From Tubiluchus corallicola (taxonomy: Eukaryota; Animalia; Priapulida), in NCBI GenBank assembly GCA_030141605.1, contig JAQGDQ010000837.1, positions 25,561-89,560 on the forward strand: DNA of 64,000 bases. The letters are read 5' to 3'. Made by a program: the position numbers and the translations under genes. The notes beneath the pieces were generated by a model. That model worked only from the letters and a program-made list of their open reading frames with translations, searched no databases and was not told where the DNA came from. Shown one piece after another: positions 39,801 to 64,000 of the stretch (position 1 is its first letter; each line of letters starts with the position of its first letter).

Positions 39801-40856
39801 TACCTGCATTTTGCCATTCGCTGATTAGACGGACACTAGCGCCTGCACTTCGGAAATGCATTGCACAAAAAAGAGGTGCTGTACCTCTCAGTTCAGATGT
39901 GTTAGCTTGTGATGAACTACACGCGTGCAACAGCTCATGCGTGAGCATGGAGGCAAATTTGAAATTTGAATTTTTATCTTAACACTTGCCTAGTTTTATT
40001 ACAGCACACAGAATAGCATTTTCCCATTACTATATTATCATACAGTTATTGGCTGGTGCACAGTAAACTCGAAAACGATAGACTAAAGTTAAAGAAACGC
40101 AAGTTTTATTTAGTTGAGAAAAATATCACAGTCATATTAGTGGAAGCAACGAAGTAGTGAACCGAACAGAACTAAGAAGAGGCTAGTAAAAAACTGGCTT
40201 CACTTATATATAAGGGAATTCCTCAAACAGGGGCGCAGCGTGTCAAATTCGTCACGCCATTGGTTATTGCATAGTCCCTTTTTTGTATCATGGACGTGTA
40301 TAATTGATAATTATGGTATAAGCGGCAACACTACCAGGCTGTTAATACACCGATTTGGCGAAAAATTTGATACTTTTTAGCCTCCAATATGAGCATCATA
40401 CAAAACGGCAACCCTGGCCGAGACTTAGCCGTGAAAAAACCTGGCTGCGTCCTACGTTCCTCGAAAGAATTATTAGGTTTTACGTCGCAGATTATAAATA
40501 CGCGCCAAGTATGTATATGAACGTACAAAAACACATAAGATTTCCGGCTGGGTGCGCGATAAAAAAATATCACACGGGCGATGAGACGGAAACAGAAATA
40601 TTTTTATTGTCGGCCTAACCATCTATTTTCTTGAATAAAAAAACACTATATTTACAAAGTAGCTAGCCAATGCCATGCTGAACATGCCCCATCACAAGCT
40701 ATGAGCTACGCTAAGAACTAACACTAGTCAAGTCGAATGTACCTTCTTTTTTCATAAACAGTTCCTTAAACACTGCTCTTTTGTTGTCAAAATCTTTTTC
40801 TTTCTCTTGTAAATGTTTCAACTTGGCTTGCAAGACCACTACATTATCCAATGCGT
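199..40856 (-). CDS. RABEP1: Rabaptin-5 / Rab GTPase-binding effector protein 1-like gene, 23 coding exons, C-terminal FYVE domain; start exon uncertain, 3' end beyond left edge
   Basis: Exons join in consistent phase at GT-AG sites. Peptides resemble Rabaptin-5 as I recall it: KRAVFKELF, EEVASLQ, AQEDTEILKSVVLPLEEEI, DLEMYVSVLNTQKSVLQED, TWQAANDQFLESQRL, CDMCANYE, SEAVQRDFVKLSQNLQ. Confidence 0.95.
477..1140. mobile_element. MITE, PIF/Harbinger-like
   Basis: TIR ggcgctattacactttcgcaccgcctagcttttcct at both ends; flanks taa/gaa. Confidence 0.8.
1295..2127. mobile_element. MITE, Tc1/mariner (pogo/Tigger-like)
   Basis: TIR cag..aa.ctccacgtaactcaaa; TA on both flanks. Confidence 0.75.
2739..2855 (-). 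CDS. RABEP1: RABEP1 exon (Rab5-binding region)
   Basis: TRLEQELAQMKAKLSSMQVDLDNSEAVQRDFVKLSQNLQ; cag/gtaaga. Confidence 0.93.
3644..4597. repeat. Compound microsatellite (AAT/CAT/CATTAT/CATTAC/TATTAC)
   Basis: Directly visible. Confidence 0.95.
4764..4859. repeat. 24-bp x4 repeat starting at a splice donor
   Basis: Minus-strand unit gtaagaagtgataattgtgcgttt. Confidence 0.95.
4860..5026 (-). CDS. RABEP1: RABEP1 exon
   Basis: ITSSLQTELERVQTQ...EEQNQTR; tag/gtaaga; phase 1-0. Confidence 0.9.
5058..7073 (+). mobile_element. Internally deleted Tigger/pogo element carrying a 29-bp satellite
   Basis: Degenerate TA-flanked termini. 6736-6894 encodes MGLRKASASGSVKKKRLMSMETKLEIIATYESGMSLSTISGEYERNLSTI, resembling the CENP-B/Tigger N-terminal HTH. 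Confidence 0.75.
5176..6726. repeat. 29-bp minisatellite, about 53 copies
   Basis: cacgtgaatgcattgttgtgttcttatct. Confidence 0.95.
7194..8160. mobile_element. Tigger-like MITE with internal 58-bp array
   Basis: TIR cagtcaacctcgg.tataag; TA TSD; same family as 33700-34150. Confidence 0.85.
8184..8373 (-). CDS. RABEP1: RABEP1 exon
   Basis: DLQYLLLKRNEEIITEKVAKEHLEETLRSEILFLKDQ...; phase 0-1. Confidence 0.92.
8485..8941. mobile_element. Kolobok-like MITE
   Basis: TTAA-aggacaagaaaa.ggccaa...ttggccattttcttgtcct-TTAA; diverged relative near 57270. Confidence 0.75.
9600..10019. repeat. 28-bp minisatellite, about 15 copies
   Basis: cccttttgtgaacgtgccattacaagca. Confidence 0.95.
10038..10139 (-). 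CDS. RABEP1: RABEP1 exon
   Basis: LTRLQKENDSLVGKHSATAAQMQNESISLPESLE. Confidence 0.92.
11161..11685 (+). mobile_element. 5S rRNA-derived SINE (SINE3-type), copy 1
   Basis: About 119-nt 5S-like head (ctacggcc...aagctaagca...gttagtacttggatggg...gctgtaggctt) with no oligo-T terminator, fused to a ~400-nt body shared with copies 2 and 3. Confidence 0.9.
11728..11766 (-). CDS. RABEP1: RABEP1 39-nt exon
   Basis: KMLTEDRMHVNEE; cag/gtaagc. Confidence 0.85.
11993..12091 (-). CDS. RABEP1: RABEP1 exon
   Basis: ISAMMEKLNEMEKSFTDLKQEHAETTENLLQQL. Confidence 0.88.
12465..12914. repeat. Degenerate short-period repeat abutting a donor
   Basis: tttt(a/ca)cctgg / cccgtg variants. Confidence 0.8.
12912..13028 (-). 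CDS. RABEP1: RABEP1 exon
   Basis: LRFRDKQLERYKLELQRTDKYQAELEESLKNAATDAQTQ. Confidence 0.88.
13183..13862. mobile_element. PIF/Harbinger-like MITE with internal 29-bp array (13303-13720)
   Basis: TIR cgttca.actag.gagttttct; array unit cagtgagttactgtctagtgtgaacgcct. Confidence 0.7.
13887..13991 (-). CDS. RABEP1: RABEP1 exon
   Basis: IRNARSKLGRPCDMCANYEAQLQSLQHSERQYEDQ. Confidence 0.93.
14358..14818. mobile_element. hAT-like MITE
   Basis: TIR cagggatgagaat; inverted near-identical copy at 50792-51309. Confidence 0.8.
15050..15897. repeat. 51-bp repeat of exon end plus donor, about 16 copies, diverging with distance
   Basis: ccactcccactccatgtcactaaccaattagactcttac... Confidence 0.92.
15857..15978 (-). 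CDS. RABEP1: RABEP1 exon
   Basis: ITPEMAYSETL...PSGKRLVSDMEWEWLQQE. Confidence 0.9.
16259..17499 (-). mobile_element. Tigger-like element with internal 43-bp and 24-bp arrays
   Basis: Collinear in reverse with 55879-56884; terminus cagtaa.tcctcgcttaacgac. Confidence 0.75.
18321..18463 (-). CDS. RABEP1: RABEP1 exon
   Basis: RLSALADESHETRSLQDM...QLTVDQQKAIT; phase 2-1. Confidence 0.85.
18820..19810. repeat. 66-bp minisatellite (about 15 copies) made from a transposon terminus
   Basis: Unit equals the terminal 66 bp of the element at 55879. Confidence 0.92.
20066..20223 (-). CDS. RABEP1: RABEP1 exon (contains DDFGEF motif)
   Basis: RSNDVLDIGLDHDSALSDDFGEFVSADK...DSAID; phase 0-2. Confidence 0.85.
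20773..20852 (-). CDS. RABEP1: RABEP1 exon
   Basis: PDRTSPLLNRLTAAHESSMLSTSSLD; cag/gtaagt; phase 1-0. Confidence 0.8.
21008..22700. repeat. 36-bp minisatellite, about 47 copies
   Basis: aagcttaaccgaatgattggccatgctactaaagcg. Confidence 0.95.
23605..23985 (+). repeat. Unclassified dispersed repeat; parts recur at about 39595-39730 and 48650-48890
   Basis: Shared tctatacatcaaacgaaaggtc...gatctggagaacggg...ggatagatagcccgttcag. Confidence 0.7.
24703..24789 (-). CDS. RABEP1: RABEP1 exon
   Basis: EAKQRDAEKEEARKLEQKEQQLTQRAESN; phase 1-1. Confidence 0.82.
25762..26440. repeat. 113-bp tandem repeat x6
   Basis: gcaattacttgtagtgtgttagtagcactattaccc recurs every 113 nt. Confidence 0.93.
27630..27788 (-). 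CDS. RABEP1: RABEP1 exon
   Basis: VCKLLEAERKNHTDLKQTWQAANDQFLESQRLQIADLRRLESVLSPEQQRQVA. Confidence 0.93.
27945..29201. repeat. 49-bp repeat of exon end plus donor, 26 donor copies
   Basis: gtaacaagtaaaagtgactgataccat(ca/ac)tgactctgagtaa(ctc/att)gact. Confidence 0.95.
29195..29330 (-). CDS. RABEP1: RABEP1 exon
   Basis: MKELSHVLQAEKSSRSDLEMYVSVLNTQKSVLQEDNDRLRSELHD. Confidence 0.94.
30029..30124 (-). CDS. RABEP1: RABEP1 exon
   Basis: VLPSLSGDAGRVIRSLLDAGQTSSEASSINEK; phase 0-0. Confidence 0.78.
30263..30661. mobile_element. TTCGAA-rich MITE; inverted relative at about 44909-45155
   Basis: Shared termini and multiple ttcgaa motifs. Confidence 0.55.
30806..30928 (-). CDS. RABEP1: RABEP1 exon
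   Basis: AQEDTEILKSVVLPLEEEISDLKAKLKKSEERVHVLESANK. Confidence 0.93.
30965..31848. repeat. About 72-bp repeat (shorter variants present) just upstream of an acceptor
   Basis: ttaaagaaaaggacaagtcacttagcatgttgggtttatttt. Confidence 0.93.
32468..32985. repeat. 14-bp minisatellite
   Basis: gttcgtaa(a/g)cttat. Confidence 0.95.
33700..34150. mobile_element. Tigger-like MITE (unamplified copy)
   Basis: ta-cagtcaacctcggg...ccgaggttgactg-ta. Confidence 0.88.
34302..34740. mobile_element. piggyBac-like MITE; partial inverted copy at 58309-58580
   Basis: TTAA-ccctttca...tgaaaggg-TTAA. Confidence 0.8.
34813..34927 (-). CDS. RABEP1: RABEP1 exon
   Basis: DSVLPGVIKTLKKVPTFKQ...DNLEDSMRR; a second in-frame acceptor lies 6 nt inside. 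Confidence 0.87.
35769..35895 (-). CDS. RABEP1: RABEP1 exon
   Basis: GVISESEAQRKMDRQQLFEENKSLQAELAEYKNKLFGHHEKE; phase 1-2. Confidence 0.87.
36712..37158. repeat. 29-bp repeat of exon end plus donor, 15 donor copies
   Basis: gtaaggaagcctaccttccatgatgtgtt, copies appear identical. Confidence 0.96.
37133..37226 (-). CDS. RABEP1: RABEP1 exon
   Basis: VKITETVKEDEISDVSRKCREEVASLQHIME; phase 0-1. Confidence 0.9.
37249..37729. mobile_element. hAT MITE
   Basis: TIR caggggtgtgcaaa; perfect 8-bp TSD atttaaat. Confidence 0.92.
37945..38400 (+). mobile_element. Non-LTR retrotransposon 3' fragment nested in a ccgactcc-type MITE (about 37857-38731)
   Basis: KIRLNMIKVEGNYK...CPVCEEDGDTTEHMLKC, the CCHC C-terminal motif of LINE ORF2. 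Confidence 0.75.
38455..38720. repeat. 25-bp minisatellite
   Basis: ccgactctgaccccacaatccga(c/t)t. Confidence 0.92.
38769..38878 (-). CDS. RABEP1: RABEP1 exon
   Basis: ELTLERQLREHNDNDVIGLKEQIRLLQNEIDDLRTQ; phase 1-0. Confidence 0.85.
40743..40856 (-). CDS. RABEP1: RABEP1 exon (most 5' confidently coding)
   Basis: ALDNVVVLQAKLKHLQEKEKDFDNKRAVFKELFMKKE; phase 1-1. Confidence 0.9.
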
Positions 40857-41251
40857 CTAGAATAAGAGCAGAGTACTTTACAAATACTCAGCTAGCTGTA
40901 ATATACGTTCTTCATTGTACAACTTGTGTGAGGGCTAAGAAGGCATTTAATTACAAGGCAGTACACACGTCACTGCAGTACATATGCATGAGAAATTCTT
41001 TTTGCCACGTTTTCAGTAAATTAGTAATATACATTATTATACTTTTGGTTGGAAACCAACCCTCGCACTGCGCAAACATGGTCGTCAAGCTGCTAGCCAA
41101 GCTATTATCTACTAATTAAAGTGCAAAAATAAACCCAGATGAGGCTGTGGAGGTGTTAGTGCATTTACAGTGATAAAGCTGTTAAATAACAAAGTAAGTA
41201 ATATTATACAGAAGAGGAAAGAAAGATAAGACAGGGAAGGAGGAAGGCAGC

Positions 41252-41963
<712 letters not shown>

Positions 41964-43871
41964 GTAATAAATGGAGAACAAATTAAAAGAAAAGAAAGCA
42001 ATAAATCAAGCATGAATTCAGCAAATCGGCTTTACTAAAATATTCACAGCAATTGTTATTTAGGTTATGTTGTATCACTCATCACTTTCCTAGGCTAGTT
42101 GTTTTTGCTTGAAATTGAAGAAACTGATAAGAGTAAAACATTTTTAACGTAATATTGGGCTGGTACCTTTACATTGCACATGATGAAAGGGGAACTTCAA
42201 ATCTGATGTTACTGATTACGACATATATCACAGTTAAACATATATATAGCATGGTGGAAGTAACACAACATTACAATAATATATCGGTACGTCTTGCAAT
42301 ATACTTCTAAAAAGTCTTTAAAGACACTAGAAGTTAATAAACGTCCTTAAAGCAAAGACAACTAGCTATTTTTTCAGACTTAGACAGATAGCTCCAGTTC
42401 TGAAGGGTGACCAAGAAAAAAAATTCAAGCTAAAATTTTCTTGATGTCCAGAAAGAGCCACTGCAATACTTTTTAACAATCTTTACTTTACGATATTGAC
42501 AATTATCACACGTTTTAAGCAACTTCTCGCACAACCATTCTTCATCAGTTTTTCAGTCAAGACGTACCGAGTTAAATTGATATCAAGAAAGTCATGCATA
42601 ATAAACATTGACTGTATCGACAAGCTACAAAAGTGCAAATTGTTTTAAACTTTTAACAACCTTCAGAATAATGACAATCATCGCACATGTCTTCAACAAT
42701 TTTTTGCGCATCCATTCTCTGCCACTGTCAATTTTTCTGGCAACGTGCGCAAATATTACACGTACACATCCATAAGCAACAGTTTTGTGTTTAACAAATT
42801 CTGGAATACATTATTTTTTACAACTGACGCCATGCACCCACGTTCAATGCTGCATATTGATTTTTCTGCAAAAAACGCATTTCCGAGTAACCGTCGAGTA
42901 GAAATTTTTAACGAACATCACACTTTTCTGCCGGCTCCTGTACTGATATGCCTTAGTGCCACTGTTGCGACTTGTAAAAAAGTTATCTGATTACGGACAT
43001 TTCATGGTCTTGTCCTATACAGTACACATACAGAATAGTACCTTGGAGAATTAGCTACGTACATTATCTTTCATGTATCTTTCACATATATTTCATGATG
43101 GTGTCTTGTATGCAAATTATGCACATTTTAGAAAAATAATGTATGTATGTGATGACACAGAAATTAATTATCATATACGTGCAAAATTTACATGCAAGAA
43201 AAGATCATGTATGAACAATTTGCTATCCTGTATGCACAAGAAAAAGTCGTACATCATGAACTGTTTTTAATTTGCCTATTTGTGGTTTCGTTGCCGGAAA
43301 TTGAGGAAATTGAATTATACAATTAGATAACTGTTGTGAACTCAACTGTGATTATTTATTCTTTTAGTTTAAGGAAATTTTGGTTACCGGCTTATTTAGA
43401 TTACTTGCAATAAAAACAAAACTTATTGTAAATACAAGTAGCCACAGCTGAGTGTATGTGCCTGAAATGTCCATGTGTGTAGTTATTTTTCCACATGTCA
43501 TTAATTTGCTTCCATACATTAAAATACACTAAAATATGTTTTATATTAATACTGCTTTTATATGTTTGGAGTAATACTTTGTATTGTATGTTGCAGATTA
43601 ATTACTTTTCTTTCCAATGCTATGTTTTGCCTCCACTCGGCCAATATGCCTGTTCAAGAGCATGAAGTAAGTTAAAAAAACGTTATCAATATATACTAAG
43701 TCAGACATTCAAGGCTGAAGCAAGACTGGCTTCATATATAGAGAGGCAGGTGCAAGTTCAGCTGAAATACAGAAGAACACTACAAACCTAAATCAAGCAA
43801 CTCTGTCAGCATTATGCAAAACTACATTGTTTGCAAAATGAAGCAATTATGATATTTTAATTTCAATGTAA

Positions 43872-44413
43872 ATTACAACCGAATCATGTTGAAAACACCG
43901 GTTCTCGTCTGATCACCGAAGTTAAGCAATGTAGAGCTTGGTTAATGCGTTGATGGGTGACCGCCTAGGAATACCAGGTGCTGTAGGCTTGCGGGATGCC
44001 CACACTGTGTCTTGACACTAGGCAGAGCAGCTGCACAAGCACCCAACGGCTAGAGGGCGGAGGAAGTCAAGTGACCCAATGGCCATGTGTAGAGGAGTAA
44101 ACCTTCCAAATCAGGAGTGTAGCCCCAAACGCGGACCAGTGCAGCATGCTCACTGACTCGGCAGCTCATGCAGCCAACCTGGTGCCAAACGTATTGCTCC
44201 GCTTTCCTTTGGACTATATCAGGGAGGAAGAGAGGGGGTTCCTGCTGTCTGGGCAACTCAGGATCTCCATACACCTTGCCCAGGCATGCGCCCTGGAGAC
44301 GTTCAAGGATCGCACTGCTCGGCCACAGTCGACACTGCAGCTCCATCAATGTGATCAATGACTGACTCTCTTGGCACACATTCCATTGTCTTCTGAGGCA
44401 GAAGGATGCCAAC
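43872..44413 (+). mobile_element. 5S rRNA-derived SINE, copy 2
   Basis: Same head and body, more diverged; flanked by direct repeat caatgtaaatta (probable TSD). Confidence 0.9.
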
Positions 44414-45159
44414 AATGTAAATTATAACTAACGTGTTTAGACCCTATGAATATTTATGCTTATCTTCCATAAAATCCTCATTATCTTCGCCATTTGAATT
44501 TGTTCTTACACATGTACTAATAATAGGAAGATAAAATTATCATGAGCCAAAAGTAAGACAACTGAACACCAATTCCTTAACTATAGAACATGATGAATTT
44601 TAGTGCCGTGACTGTTCGCACTATTCATTAAAACTAACATGTGTGCATTAGTTCTGACAGGGCTGCTTGTGGATAATAAATGAATTTTGCTGTTTGTTTC
44701 ATCTACAGCTTAATATTAACCGTCATGTGGTTGAAACACTTAGACAGGGCATAAACTAGTCTACCATCAAACCCATAGTAAACGATAATGCAGTATATGC
44801 CTAATGTACATAAAGAAAAAAGGTGGTAACTGAGCACTGATGCTCAATTATGTTCTAATTGATTTTTCTAGGACATAGTTTTCTTAAATTGAGCCTTACA
44901 TGAGGATGAGGGATGAGCATTTGCTACCAGAAATTGAATTTGTGTTTAATCGAATTTTCGACTTTCAATTTCGAATCAATCAGAATTTTGAGATTGTGAG
45001 TTCCGATCGAATTCCAGTTCCGTTGCAAAAATTTTTGAGTTAAGTTTCGAATCATAAAAGTGACGCCAGGGAATTACGTATACACTGTATTACATAATTT
45101 AATTTTGCGAATTCTCAGCGAACATTAGAACTCCTATGTTCGATCACACTGCTAATCAC

Positions 45160-45342
45160 CATAGACCGACTTTTAATTCTGCCTTGATTCGTTGCATGAA
45201 TCCCAGATTAGCTTTGGATAAGCTGTGTGTACACGGTGCAACATGAGTTAGCTGCTTACCTTAGAAAATAGTAGCGAAATATAAACTTTGTTTGGAGCTT
45301 TTGGAGTTTTTCAGTATTGGAGAGCTAAAACAAGTCTTTAGC
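45160..45342. promoter_or_regulatory. Probable shared or bidirectional promoter region of RABEP1 and EIF2B2
   Basis: Divergent genes; consensus minus-strand donor AAG|GTAAGC at 45260, 83 nt from the EIF2B2 ATG. Confidence 0.4.
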
Positions 45343-63727
<18,385 letters not shown>

Positions 63728-63736
63728 GTGGGTTTC

Positions 63737-64000
63737 AAAACTGTCCGTGTGCTCTCGAAACTACCCGTGTGCTCTCAAAACTGTCCGTGTGCTCTCAAAA
63801 CTGTCTGTGTGCTCTCAAAACTGTGTGTGTGTGCTCTCAAAACTGTCTCTGTGCTCTCAAAACTGTCCGCGTGCTCTCAAAACTGTGTGTGTGTGTGCTC
63901 TCAAAACTGTCTCTGTGCTCTCAAAACTGTCCGCGTGCTCTCAAAACTGTCTCTGTGCTCTCAAAACTGTCCGTGTGCTCTCAAAACTGTCCGTGTGCTC
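63737..64000. repeat. 20-bp minisatellite starting about 10 nt after a donor
   Basis: caaaactgtccgtgtgctct. Confidence 0.93.

Overview
AT-rich, intron-dense DNA from an invertebrate animal (organism not determinable here). It holds two head-to-head housekeeping genes, both reconstructed by hand from GT-AG boundaries with consistent reading phase. On the minus strand is a Rabaptin-5 (RABEP1-like) gene with 23 coding exons from 40856 to 199; its C-terminal FYVE domain runs off the left edge. On the plus strand is eIF2B beta (EIF2B2) with 12 coding exons from 45343 to 63727, running off the right edge. The introns are packed with non-autonomous DNA transposons (Tigger/pogo-, hAT-, PIF-, piggyBac- and Kolobok-like MITEs), three copies of a 5S-rRNA-headed SINE, LINE remnants and a solo LTR. 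The most unusual feature is pervasive local tandem amplification: about 25 unrelated minisatellites with 14-113 bp units. At least five copy a Rabaptin 5' splice site, usually with the exon end, 4-26 times into the downstream intron. Others amplify a different sub-segment in each copy of the same MITE. Homology calls come from remembered protein sequences, not database searches, and repeat boundaries are approximate.
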